Source: Lama guanicoe
Lineage: Eukaryota
Direction: 5' to 3'
Length of the DNA stretch: 64,000 nucleotides
Assembly: GCA_013239625.1 (NCBI GenBank)
Contig: MU053513.1
Span: forward strand, 2,840,927 to 2,904,926
Part shown: piece by piece, positions 27,739 through 40,884 of the stretch
How positions within the stretch are numbered: position 1 is the stretch's first letter
Layout of the letters: each line of letters opens with the position of its first letter
Program-made: the position numbers and the translations under genes
The notes under the pieces: generated by a model
Told to the model about the DNA's origin: nothing
What the model saw: only the letters and a program-made list of their open reading frames with translations
The model's database searches: none

Positions 27739-28177
27739 ATTTGATTTGGGTTTTTCCTCCCTCTGCAAAAGTACACTACTTCTATACCTGTACATCTGGT
27801 TATAAACACTCAGCTTGGGGAAAGTTAAGAATTTGGTGACATCTAGTAAACAACCAAATAATTTTTACATAATACCTATTCCATGCAAGGCTCTGTGAAG
27901 GATAAAAGAGTTTTAGAATTCTAAACAGTGTGCGCTTTAAGCTCAGTACACAGCTCTAAGGTAGATGGTGGAGTTTTATCATCAACTAGGGTCAATTAAT
28001 ATACTATTTTCAAGGCCTAAGAGATTGTCTTAAAAAAACAAGTCTTTTCTCTGCTAAAATGAATCTTGACACTCACCTCCCTATAAGAAAAGAGAACTTG
28101 ATTCCTATGTAGGGTGCAGGGACAGAATGAGAGAAGGAAGAAACAGTGTGAGAGAGAGAGAGAAGTACAGTGTGACA

Positions 28178-28330
28178 TATTTATTGATATTAACGTGACT
28201 GAATACCTACTATGCACCAGCCATCCTGCACAGCACTTTATTACATTATTTCACTCAGGTCTCATGATGAATTCTTCAAAAGTTTGTTTTTCTTTCCCAT
28301 TACTGAGTTGAGAAAATTGAGGCAAACATG
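28178..28330 (-). mobile_element. MIR SINE fragment
   Basis: CTGAATACCTACTATGCACCAG...AGCACTTTA...TTGAGAAAATTGAGGC. Confidence 0.55.
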
Positions 28331-29534
28331 ATGTCCAGTATGTTTCAGATTAAAAAGAGAGCACATATTACCTTTCATAAAATGCAATCACAGCACTGCT
28401 AAGAAGTGGGGAATATTAAAGAAATATTTATTATTAACTTGCACTATTCCTAATATACATACAGGCAAACACCTCAAATCTCACCCTGTATGATAGTAAA
28501 TTTATTTATATTTAATTGCGAGTTAATGCTTTTAAACATACTGGTGGACAAGGATTTCACCAACACAGGACAAAGGTTCTCAGTGCGTGAAAGGCTCCTC
28601 AGGAGTGTCAGGGTCTGCATGGGGGTGGAATTAACCTCTCCTTTCTGGCAGTGGCAATATGGTGGCATGAGGAATTATGTAGAAAATTTTTTCTTAATGT
28701 TTTAGTGTGAAATTTCAGTCTAAGGTAAACTAATCATGACCAATTTTCTTAGCTTTAAAATGGCCCTCCACATCTTTCCACTCAGTTTGCTTTTTCAAAC
28801 TTTTTCCACAACAGCAGTGAGCTGTGTTTCTTTCTGAAGCATTAAGTGATTACAGTTCACGTCTGAGAAAACCAAAGGCCATGGCAGAGAATGCTTTTAT
28901 AAGCTGGTCTCATGGCTAACGGGAGGACCTCCCCCTGTTGTGAAACCTCCCTGAAGTAAGTCCATTTTAGAAGCCCACGGTGGCTGATCTCAAGTCCTCA
29001 GGAAGCAAAGTCAGCTCGAGACTGCCAAGCCGTCTTCTAAGTCGCAAATGGCTCTCTGGCTCTTCCCTCTGTACTTAAGAAGGGTCTAGGACACTGGCTG
29101 CCCGGACACTACACTCATACTGTAGGTCATTTTGCAGCCATACTGATTTTATTTTTATCTTATCACAAGCAGGAGTATTTAGCACAGAAACGAATTTATC
29201 TGCAAAATGTTGAAAAATGTAAGTTCAGGGGAAGCCTTGATACCATGGAGGTGTGAGGAGGAATATGTGGTTATTCTTACCTCTTTTTAAGAGTCTGTGG
29301 TATTTTAAAAATTAGCTGTATTTTACTGTGTTGAAATATTATTTGTGTAGACTTTAGAAACCAATTTGCCATTACATGCCCAATTGATCCTTGCCTGGCT
29401 GAAAAAAAAAAGAAAGAAAAAATGACCAAAACTAACAGGCCATTCACTCTGATTGGCAAGTTTCACCTGAGTCAGAGTCACTCTTCTCTTCAAATGACAA
29501 TATGTACAAAGATCTCTTTGTGTTTCTCTGATCT

Positions 29535-29540
<6 letters not shown>

Positions 29541-29567
<27 letters not shown>
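29541..29567. repeat. (AC)n microsatellite
   Basis: About 13 perfect AC units, seen directly. Confidence 0.95.
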
Positions 29568-31498
29568 ATCTCATTCAGTTAATGAGACAGCTCACTCTCC
29601 TAGCCACTTTTTTCTTCCTGCTCCTTACCAACCACTCTGGAAAATTCCTTCTTTCTTCTTTGGGCAAGAACCTGACAAATTGCCCTATCCATTTTGAATG
29701 ATATATTGGGGCAACTGCCAAGCACTTTACATTTTAATCAGTAAGAAGAATGAAATATTTAACCTTTACTTTTTTCTCCGTGAATAAGCTTATAGACAAT
29801 AGAATAGATAATTAAATCCAAGAATTAAAACTTGCAAAACAGTGTGGCTTCCCCAGCAAAGAGAAATGGCCATGTACGAAAGGTCACCTGTCAACTAGTT
29901 CTAGTTATTAAATCTCTGCCTTCATCACTGAGGTGGCTCTATGGAAAACGAAGGTCAAGACATTAAATTATGAAACAGTCAGGATTAGAAAAGGTCACTA
30001 AAAACTCAAGTAAAATTGAACCAAACCTGCTAATTCTACACCCTAGAAGCAAGCAGAAACAGCCAGGGATGAAACACAGCACTGAACAGAGCTAATCTAT
30101 CTCCCTACTTTGGTCCCATATTGAAAATGAATTTCTATTTGATGTCTTGAAGTCTAAAATAAAACCTGCTCATCTCAAATAAAAACAGGAGCTTTGATAA
30201 ATGTTTCAGAATGAAAATCATGCTTGAATCGAACCAGTTTAAATTATTAAAAACATTGTTTTACACTATTCTAAGGGTTGTTTTCATTTCAACCATGAGA
30301 ACCCAATTTAAAATACTAGCATTGGGGCACTCCTGGCACCTTAAATGCTTTACAGGACAATTAGCAACCCACCACTCACTAATTTACCACTTTAATGTTG
30401 AAACAAATGAGATCTTTGCTTTTTATCACGCAATTTGAATGAATCTGAACAAAGCAGGTTGAACAAAGCTCCAGAGACATGCTCCTCAGTTTGCTGTCAT
30501 TTATTCCTCTACTCTTCCTGAATGTCTTTAGAGTTTCAGCTTTAGAGGCTTCAACATGTATAATGATGCCATTGGGGAATAGATTTTGCCTTTATTCTCC
30601 TTGATGTTCTTTTGAGGCCTTTTAAGTGAAAGGTACAAAAGAGGCATTAACAATCTGGCATTGTTTTTATTGCTTGACAAAGAAAAAAATGTATTTTAAT
30701 TTTTCCCGTGTTTCAGGAATGATTAAGCAAGCTGTTTTCATCTACACTGAGTCACTTTCAGCAGACCTCTAACTGTGAACAAAGAATTGTAAAGACTGTT
30801 CTAAAGAGAAATCAACACAGTTCAACCAAGCCAGCCTGTAAATGTACTTCTATGCCCCTTCACAAACCAGCATCTTTCAGTTAATGCAGCTTTCAAAAGC
30901 AGTGTGTATAAATCATACACTGGGAGTAACAGCACATAAAAAGACAGATTTGATAACCCACGGTTTGGCTCTGACTCTCAGTGGATTTGGGATATGGCAT
31001 TTACCTTGATTTCTACCTGGTGGCATTACATCTGAGCATAAAACTTAATGTGGGTGGGGGGGTGCATAAAAATGTTAATGTCAAGAAATAATTCTAAAAC
31101 AGGCCACATAAAACTATGTTTCTCTGTCTCCATAGATGACACATTCTCTTTATTTGGAAATTCCTTTAGAAGATAGATCTATACAATCATGAATGCATGC
31201 CAAAGAAAATCACTTTGCCTTCTCTGGACTCGAAGGCAAAAACATGAGTCTTTTCAAACCAAAACGGAGTTTTTCACCTATAGACTGGAAAAATGGAAGT
31301 AATTCATATTTCACTATCACAGTCAGATCATAACAAAATTTTACTAATTTGGAGACCAATTTACCTCTGGGTTATTTTCCTCTCCTTTCAGGAAGATGAG
31401 CACAGGACCCAGTGCTGACATACCACCCAGGTACATCATAAGAGAGACAACCAATCCATGCTGTGCTGATAGTATCTTACCGTGTCACTCAGCCAAGG

Positions 31499-31679
31499 AC
31501 ATGGTCCTCAACTAGCTGCACATCACAACGACCAAGAGAGCTTTTAAAAAACTATATGGCTGGACTCTACTCCAGACCGACTGCACCAGACAACTCCTGA
31601 GGATGGTGCCTGCCCAGAAGCTTTTTTTTTTTCAGTTTCACGTATGATTCCAATGGGCGTCTAGGTTTGAGAAATACTG
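31499..31679. mobile_element. MER5-family hAT element
   Basis: ATGGTCCTCAAC...AGAGCTTTTAAAAAAC...CTCCAGACCGACTG...ATGATTCCAATG...GGTTTGAGAAATACTG. Confidence 0.6.
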
Positions 31680-33035
31680 TCCTAGAGGAATTAGTAATGG
31701 TAACTGAAACCATAATGCTTGATAAAAGGGGTGAAAAACAAAATGGTAAATTTGAATCCCTCAGGCATGTGGGAAAGTTGCTAGGGTAGTAAATCCTTCC
31801 AATTACCCCTCAAGCACTACTAGATCAGTGAGTAGCACGTAGAATTGGAATCAGTCCTAAAAATCAGAGTTTGGAAGAAAAAATGGAAAAGATATTGGAA
31901 GTGTGCATATAATACCAAGCATGAGAACTTTTATTTCCCACAAAGTTAATGTTAATTATGTAGAATTAGAGGCTTCTTTATGTTATGGCCAGAATTTGCT
32001 TTGGAAGCAAGGAAAATCATGTTAGGTTATAAATGTTTTTAATTTATGTAGACTTCCTGCCAGCACTTAAGGCTAGTGATAAATTGAACATTCATTGACA
32101 CTCATTCAATGCAGGGATTTTTTTTTCCCCATCTTGTTTTATTTTCTAGGTTGGAGGATGCTTTAGTGGGTTTGTGGTTTGAGAGGTAGGGTTTGGTGAA
32201 CATGCAAATACAAGACAAGGGCTCACTAATACAGTGAAAACCCAGGAAAGGTAGGAGTCGATCATTTAAGAGTATAGCTGGATGGGTAGCATTTGAAAAA
32301 GCAGGAACTTTTTCTTGAGAGAGAAAAAAAGAATTAAGAATGAGGAGAAATATGTGACTTTACAAGAAAGGAATACAATTAGAGTTTACTCCAGGTTCCC
32401 TTATATTTCTATAAAGCAAGTAAGGGTTAATTATTGAGGGACTTAGAGGAAAGGTTAACAGACTTCAGGAGAGACGTGAATATGTGAGAAATAGAATATG
32501 TTGAGTAAGAATCAAAAAGATTGCCCATTGTGCCACAATTAGAATTTAGAAATTATAGATTTTTGATGAATATACTGCAAGGTTATGCATTCTTTCTAGT
32601 ACTGTTCAGGAGAACAAAGGAAGGGAGGAAGAAAGAGCTTAGCCAGCTTGATCCAGAGCTGGAGATTGCGGCAAGTGGTGCACTGAAAGTCAAAGTTGAG
32701 AAATAATTATGGGCACCAGTAACATGGATTCCAAGCTGAAAGTGGAAGGATATAGTGGGAACATGAGCAAATGAAAGCAATAAGGAAATAAGAATATCTT
32801 AGTGGGGTTATGTTCACTGGAGACAGGGAGAGAGATGTTTGTATTATATGTCCTAAGAGTATGCTTATTTAGGGAATAAGGAGGAAAATGTGGTGTATAT
32901 AAGCTTTAAATTAAGAGCTTATGATTCCAGCTGAGACAGTCTTCAGGAAATAAGCTCATTCTTTCTAGTTTGGAAATGCAAAAACCAAAATACAGTGGTT
33001 ATTCAAATTCATTATCATTAAAAAGTACTGGCATG

Positions 33036-35470
33036 TCCTTGGATTGGAAGAATTAATTTTGTTAAAATGACCATACTATCCAAGGCAATCTACAGATTCA
33101 ATGCAATCCCTATCAAAGTACCAGTGCATTTTTCATAAAACTAGAACAAGTAATTTTAAAATATGTATGGTAACACAAAAGATCTTGAATAGCCACAACA
33201 ATCTTGAGAAAGAACAGAGCTGGAGGAATCATGCACATGACTTCAGACTATACTACAAAGATACAATAATCAAAACAGTATGGTACTGGCACAAAACCAG
33301 ACACACAGATCAATGGAACACAATAGAGAGCCCAGAAATAAACCCACACTTATGGTCAACTAATGTACGACAAAGGAGGCAAAAATATACAATGGAGAGA
33401 AGTTAATCTCTTCAAAAAATAGTGTTGGGAAAACTAGATGGCTATATGTCAAAGAATGAAATTAGAACAGCCTTTAATACCACATACAAATATAAACACA
33501 AAATGGATTAAAGGTGTAAATGTAAGACTGGAAAACAAAAAACTCCTAGAGGAAAACTTAGGCAGAACATTCTTTGACATAAATCATAGCAAAATGACAA
33601 CCCAATCCAAAAATGGGCAGAAGACCTAAACAAGCAATTCTCCAAGGAAGACATACAAATGATCAAAAAGCACATGAAAAAATGCTCAATATTACTAATT
33701 ATCAGAGAAATGCAAATCAAAACTACAATGAGGTATCACCTCACACCAGTCAGAATGGCCGTCATTCAAAAATCCAAAAATGACAAATGCTGGAGAGGCT
33801 GTGGAGAAAGGCGAACCCTCCTACACTGCTGGTGGGAATGCAGTTTGGTGCAGCCACTATGGAAAACAGTGTGGAGATTCCTCAAAAGACTAGGAATAGA
33901 CTTACCATATGACCCAGGAATCCCACTCCTGGGCATGTATCCAGAAGGAACCCTACTTCAAAGTGACACCTGCACCCCAATGTTCACAGCAGCACTATTT
34001 ACAATAGCCAAAACATGGAAACAGCCTAAATGTCCATCAACAGGTGACTGGATAAAGAAGAAGTGGTATATTTATACAATGGAATACTACTCAGCCATAA
34101 AAACCGACAACATAACGCCATTTGCAGCAACATGGATGCTTCTGGAGAATGTCATTCTAAGTGAAGTAAGCCAGAAAGAGAAAGAAAAATACCATATGAG
34201 ATCGCTCATATGTGGAATCTAAAGACTCATGGACAGAGAATACAGACTTGTGGTTACCAGGGGGGTAGAAGGTGGGAAGGGATAGACTGGGATTTAAAAA
34301 AATAAATAAATAAATAAATCATAGCAAAATGTTTTTTGATCTATCTTCTAAAGTAAAGGAAATTAAAGCAACAATAAATACATGGGACCTAATCAAACTT
34401 TAAAGTTTATGCACAGTAAAGGAAACCAGCAACAAAACAAAAAGACAATCTACTAAATGGGAGAAAATATTTACAAATGACATAAGAGGTTAATATCCAA
34501 CATATATAAACAGCTCATACAACTCAATATCAAAAAAATAAACAACCCAATTTTAAAAATGGGTGGAAGACCTGAACAGACATTTTTCCAAAGAGGAAAT
34601 GCAGACGCCCACGAAGCACATGAAAAGATGCTCAGCATCACTAATAATCAGGGAAATGCAAATCAAAACCACAATAGTCAGAATGACTATCATCAAAAAG
34701 AACACAAATAACAATTGTTGGTGAAAACGTGGAGAAAAGGGAACATTGTTCGTGGGAATGTAAATTGGTATAGCCACTGTGGCAAACAGTGCGGAGGTTT
34801 CTCAGAAAACTAAAAACAGAACTGCCATATGACCCAGCAATTACATTCCTAAGTATATATTTGAAAAAACCAAAAGTGCTAATTCAAAAAAGATACATGC
34901 ATTCCAATGTTCATTATTTACAATGACCAAGCTATGGAAGCAGCTTAACTGTTCATCAATAAATGAATGGATAAAGATGTGTGTGTGTGTGTGTGTACAC
35001 ACACATATGCAATGGAATACTACTCAGCCACAAAAAAGGAATGAGATTTTTGTCATTTGCAGCAACATGGATGGACTTGGTATTATGCTAAGTGAAATAA
35101 GTCAGATGGAGAAAGATAAATACTGTACGTTATTAGTTATATGTGGAATCTAAACAATACAACAAACTAGTAGGTATAACAAAAAAGAAGCAGATTCACA
35201 GCTATAAAGAACAAACTAGTGGTTGCCAGTGTGGAGAGGGAAGGGAGATGGGGCAATATAGAGGAAGGGGTTTAAGAGGTATGAACTATTATGTATGAAA
35301 TAAGCTACAAGGCTGTATATATTGTACAACACAGGGAATATAGACAATGTTTTATAATAACTATAAATGCAGCATAACCTTTAAAAATTGTGAATCACTA
35401 TATTGTACACCTGTAACATATAATATCGTGCATCAACTGCACTTCAATAAAAAATTTAATCAGTTATTTT
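33036..35470 (+). mobile_element. 5'-truncated, decayed L1 (ORF2 3' part plus 3'UTR) hosting a younger L1
   Basis: ORF2 remnants such as [36 protein letters not shown], with frameshifts. 3'UTR ends ACTTCAATAAAAAA. Perfect 15-bp TSD AAAAGTACTGGCATG at 33021-33035 and 35471-35485. Confidence 0.95.
33597..34313 (+). mobile_element. Young 5'-truncated L1 nested in the older L1; uninterrupted ORF2 C-terminus
   Basis: Open frame [21 protein letters not shown]...[18 protein letters not shown] (ORF2 Cys-rich motif)...MRSLICGI* ending 34222. A-rich/(AAAT)n tail. 18-bp TSD ATAAATCATAGCAAAATG at 33579-33596 and 34314-34331. Confidence 0.95.
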
Positions 35471-36809
35471 AAAAGTACTGGCATGAGAATATCTGCTTCA
35501 GTATGTTAACTTATGAAAGTTAATAGTTCAGACAACCCTTTCCATGGAAAATAACAAAAAAAACTGGAAAAAAATATAAAAACCATCTCTTTATGATTAT
35601 CCAAGAGCTAACAAGCTAGTGAGGAATCGCCAGCTTGGAGAAGTCTGGAATTCAGGGAAGTACACCAACACCAAGGACTCTTTTTGCCCTGGAGGCATGT
35701 GTGGCTCTGGAATAATTAGCTATGCTCTGCCTCTGACAGCTTCCTGGGCCTAGGAGGATAGAGGTCAGAATCCAGAGCCCAAAAAGGATACATCAACAAG
35801 CACTTCGGACCAGGACTCCTAAAATGTATTCTAAGAGTAAGATGTGAAATAAACCAGTCTTGCAAAACCTCTCATCCTTTTTCATATCAATTGGCTGGCT
35901 CTGAAAACCTCAGTTTTGGAAATTACATTACTTAGTCCTAAACTTCTAAATGACCTTGGACACCTAGAAAAAGCGAAGAAGCTCTTCTGTGGAGAAAGAA
36001 AATAGCATTCTAGGTGTCAAATTATTGATACAAATAAGATTTCAAAAACACTGCCTAATACACAATCTAAAATCCCACACATATAAAAAGACAAAACACC
36101 ATTAGAGAAAACCAACAGAAACAGTCCCATAGAAGAGTCACGTATGGAATTACAGGGCACAGACTAAAACAGCTATGTTCACTGTGTGCAAGGAGATAAA
36201 AGCCAAGTGAAAATGTTGGCAGGGAAATGAAAACTATAAAAAGTGATAGAATGTATGTGGCAAAGAACCACTTAGAAGTTCTAGAACTGATTAATATGAT
36301 ACATGAAATGAGGAATTCAGTGGATGTATTTAACAACAAATTAGCTAAACAAGCAGCAAACAAAGCTAAAGAGAATTAGTGAACTAGCAGATAGAAGCAG
36401 ATGTTCAGAATGAAACATGAAATTAAAATATAGGTTAAAAGACACAGAGAATACAACATGAATGCCTAACATAAATTTATTTGAAATACCAGAGGAGAGA
36501 TAGAATGGACAGAGGACAATGGCTGAGAATTCTCCAGAACTTAGAATCCACAAATTCAAAAGACTCAGCTGACGACTCACAGGCAAAATAAGTAAAAATA
36601 AATCCACATCTAAATATATCAAAGTGAAGCTTCATTAAAAAAAAAAAGGAGATTTTAGAATTAACATTACCATATAATAGCATATAATTTGAGAGGGGGG
36701 TAAATGGAGTTAAGATATCTTAAGGTTCTTACATTCAAGGGAAGAAGGTAAATGTGCCAAATAACATAATACTTTCATAAACTTTGAATGTCTGGTGTTA
36801 TTCCTAGGG

Positions 36810-37750
36810 CAATAGTTCTCACACGTTTTGGTCTCAGGTGCCATTTACACTCTTAAAAAATTACTGAGTATTCCAAGGATCTCCTGTGTATGTAAGCTGA
36901 GTATGTGTGCATGTGAGTGTGTGTGTGTGTGTGTATTTATCATATTAGAAACTGAAAAATGAAAAAAATTTTAAGTAACTGTTCATTGAAAAATAACAAT
37001 ATGCCCATTTCACGTTAACATAAATAACACATTTTTTTATGAAAAGTAACCATATTTTCCACAAAAATAGTGAAAAGAGTGGTATTATTTACATTTTTGC
37101 AAATTTCTTTAATGTCTAGCTTAAAGATAGCTGGATTCTCACATCTGTTTCTGCTTTCAGTCCATCAAAATACATTGTTTTGGTGGAAGTAGATGAAGAA
37201 AATCCAGCTTCAGAAAGATATGTAGTAGAAAAAGAGATAATTGTGGATATTTTTCTTAGACTCTACATCAAACTTTGACAAGTGGCAATTTCTTAAAGTT
37301 TACTTGCCAGATGGACTCTAAAACCATATCAAGGAAACTGTCTACTGTTACATCAGAATCCACTGGTCCAGCTTGCGCCTTGCATGGATCTCTAACTCAT
37401 GCGTGATTTTGTAACATCATATACTGCCCACTTGAAAAATATCAGTCCAGTGAGCTGAAATGTTGAAATTTCCCAGGATATATTTTGAACACATTTATTG
37501 ACATCACCACTGACCTCATCAGTTCTTTAAGTTTTGGGAAACTAGAAAGTTGATGGTGACAAATAGAAATTTCCCCAGATGCTAATTTTGACTTGAAAGT
37601 TCAATTTTTGTCATTAGTTAAATGCCTGTTATTTTCTTGAAGTGACAGGCTCACTTTATTCATATCAGAAAATGTCTGCCAAATGCTCAAATCTGAATAT
37701 TCATAATTTGTCTGTAAAAAAGTAAAAATGATATTCAGTGAAACCTGCAA
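36810..37750 (-). mobile_element. Charlie1-family hAT DNA transposon fragment
   Basis: CAATAGTTCTCACACGTTTTGGTCTCAGG...TTTACACTCTTAAAAAATT...AGTGAAAAGAGTGGTATTATTTACATTTTTGCAAATTTCTTTAATGTCTAGC...TTTTCTTGAAGTGACAGGCTCACTT. Confidence 0.85.
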
Positions 37751-38215
37751 CTTGCATGAAATTTTACAAAATAAAAAAGTCGGAGAGAAAAATAAATCAA
37801 TGTAACTTGCAACATTAATGATAAAATCATATCATTATCTCAAATGTAAAATCATATGATCATATGATCATCTCACTAGATGCAGAAAAAGAATTTGGTA
37901 AAATTCAACATCAACAAATGATTAAAAACTCTTCATTAAGGAAAAGTACCAGAGAGATTCCTTAATCTAATGGAATGTTTCTACCAAACAAAAATTCTAT
38001 AGTAAACATTGTATGTCAGTCATATTTAATGGATGGAAGCTAACTCTTTGAATTTGGAACTAAACAATGATTTCCACTATCATCATTGCTATGCAACATT
38101 GTACTGGGGTCTTAGCCAGTGCAGCAAAACAGGAAAAAAAAAAAAAAGAGAAAGAAGCATATAAGGATTGGAAAAGAAGAAACAAAAATAAAATTATTCA
38201 CAGATGATATGATGG

Positions 38216-38705
38216 TGGTGGGGTTCTGGGCAGTCCACATCAAAATATGCCACTTTTAAATATTGATTATTTTGAATTAAAGTTACTTAAGAAACAGTCA
38301 AGCAAGAAGGACATTCTGATCCTCCTTGTTCCCCTGAAAACAGGAAATAAATCTCTCATATGAAAGGTACCCTCCCTGTACGAGGAGGAAGAGAGACATC
38401 CTTATCACCAGAGACAGGGAATTTGGGCCAAGAAGACTGTATAAACAAATCTTGTTACTTCTTCGCAAATTTACTACTCTAAGCCCAAGCTTCTTTGTCT
38501 TGTTAATTCTTCACAAATTTATTGTTTCTTTGTCTAAAAGGTATAAAAGCTGCTTGCTTTGGTCACTTCTATGAGTCTCACATTTTTATGAGTGCCCATA
38601 ACTACAAAATTAAATTTGTTTTCCTCCTGTTAAGCTGTCTTATGTCAACTTAATTATTAGGCTGGCCAAAGAAAGGAAGAAGGGAAAAATTTTTCCATCC
38701 TTAAA
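38216..38705 (+). mobile_element. ERV1-class solo LTR (MER34-like)
   Basis: CAAAATATGCCACTTT...GATTATTTTGAATTAAAG...AGGTATAAAAGCTGCTTGCTTTGGTCACTTCT...TTTTCCTCCTGTTAAGCTGTCTTATGTCAA, ~490 bp, flanked by ATGG(T) at 38212 and 38706. Confidence 0.8.
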
Positions 38706-39595
38706 ATGGTATAGAATAATCCACCTATAATTTGTTATAATTTTTATTAGAGTTAGTAGAATTGCTAGATACAAATCAGAATGTAAATCAACTGTATTTC
38801 AATATATCAGCAACAATGAAAAATTTATAAGTATGTCATTTATAACTGTATCAAAACATAAAATACCTAGAAATAAATCTCATAAAATATGTGCAAGACC
38901 TCTATGGAGAAAATAACAAAATGTTATTGATAAATATTTTAAAAGCTCTACATAAATGGAGAGTTATGTACATGGAGTAGATAACTTAGCCATGTAAAGG
39001 TGTAAATTCTCCTCAAAAGATGTATAACGTTAAGGTAATCTTAATCAAAATCCCAAAATACCAGAGATCTTTTCTGGAACTTGAAAGGCTGATTCTAACA
39101 TTTATATGGAAATGCAAAAGGCCAAGAAAGCTAAGACAGCCTCGAGGAAGAAGAAAGTGGTACCAGCACAAGGACAAACAGACCCATGGAACACAGTGGA
39201 AGACCCAAATATGTTGCAATGAAAGTGCCAGGCAGAGTGTGGAGGAAAAAATCAGGCTTTAAAAACAAGTGGAGCTGGAAGAACTGAATAATCTCATGAA
39301 AAAAAAGTAAATCTAGGCCCTTACTTATATGCAAAAATCAGTTTCTGCTGAACTGGAAACCTGTATCTGAAAGACAAAATAGTAAGCTTTACAAAAAAAA
39401 AAAAAATAGAAGAAAACTTTTATAACATCAGAGTAGGAAATTTTTTCATAGGATATAAAAGCACTAACAAGAAACAAAAAGTTTGATAAACTATATTAAA
39501 TTTAAGAATAGCTGTCCTTCAAAAGATGACATTAAAAGAGTGAAAAGGCAAGCCACAGATACACACACACACACACAAACACACACAGATATATA

Positions 39596-39841
39596 CAGTT
39601 GACCCTTAATAACAACATGGGTTTGAACTTTTGAAAGGCAGGAATCCACTTATATAAGGATTATTTTTCCAACAGTAAATACTGCTGTACTACATAGTCT
39701 GCCGTTGGATGAATCTACAGATGTGAAACTGCGGATATGGAGGTACTGCGTATTCAGAAGGCCGACTATAAATTATGTGTGGATTTTCAACTGTGTGGAG
39801 GGTGGTTGCCCCTAACCCCGTCATTGTTCAAGGATCCACTG
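39596..39841 (+). mobile_element. MER8/Tigger2-family non-autonomous element
   Basis: TA|CAGTTGACCCTTAATAACAACATGGGTTTGAAC...CCCCTAACCCCGTCATTGTTCAAGGATCCACTG|TA; imperfect TIRs with TA TSD. Confidence 0.88.
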
Positions 39842-40884
39842 TAAATATTTTCTTCTCTGAGGACAGTGTGCATGTGTGTGTGTGTGTGTGTATACCCAAG
39901 AAAGAGTTAATATATAAAATATACACAAATTATTACAAATAAAAATAAAAGACGGCAGATAGCCAAAGCAATAGAAAGATGGACATAATATCCAGACATT
40001 AGATAAAAGAGGAAATTCAAGTGGCAAAAACGTAAGAAGAGAATCAGTAATCAGAAAAATGTAAATTAAAACAATAAGATCTACCAGGTTGCCTGAAATT
40101 AAAATGTCTGACAATATCAAGTGTTAAAGAAGAACGTACAGTAACTGGAAATCTCAAGCAATAACCGGTAAGAGTGTGACATTTACAATAATACTTCAGG
40201 AAACAATAGCATTATCCTGTATACTTGAATAAATATACATACTCTAAGGCCTAGGAATTCTACTCCTGCTATACACATCCTATAAAAATGCATTCTTTTA
40301 TGTACCAGGATTCACAGATAAGAATAGTCAGAGCAGCATTGTTTATAACATCCTTAAATTGCAAATAACACAGATTTTCATTGACACACTTATGCAAGGG
40401 AATACTATCTAGCATTGAAAACAAACGAACAACGTGGATGAATCTTAGAAACATTATGTTGAGCAAAAGCCAGATACAAAGGAACATATAGTAGATTCTA
40501 TTTATTTAACAGTCTTAGTAAGCCAAGAGTAGGATATTCTTTAAGGTGATAAGGAATATCATTCTGAAACCAAAACAAACATCACAGGTAACAGCGCCCC
40601 ACCAGAGTAGCAATCACGTGTTATATGTAAGATGGGAGCTAAATGGCCTTCAAAGACAGTGTTCTGTAGACAAGTATGCTGAGAAATGTCACATACATTT
40701 TCCACTTCTTGAAGATTGCCAATGTGTATGAAATACTAAAGGCTATGAAAAGTCATTTACTAAAGTGTTCCAGAAAAGTATTTGGAAATCTTACCCTCAT
40801 TTTTTTTTTTCGGTAAGAAACCAATAAACATCTTATGAGATAATAGTTTGGAACAGTTTGGAAATTCTACAGTAAATACATTCT

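Larger units (their letters stand above)
35490..40560 (+). mobile_element. Ancient fragmented L1 (L1M/L1ME-type: 5' region, ORF1 and ORF2 remnants, 3'UTR), interrupted by Charlie1, an LTR and a MER8-like element
   Basis: ORF1-like ATGGCTGAGAATTCTCCAGAA; ORF2-like CATATGATCATCTCACTAGATGCAGAAAAAGAATTTGGTAAAATTCAACA, TTATTCACAGATGATATG (LFTDDM), CTGATTCTAACATTTATATGGAAATGCAAA; 3' ACGTGGATGAATCTTAGAAACATTATGTTGAGC. May be more than one element. Confidence 0.8.

Noticed and set aside
33659..34222. 187-aa ORF (and the 155-aa ORF at 57723-58190) as host genes
   Set aside because: L1 ORF2 C-terminal fragments in 5'-truncated, promoterless insertions.
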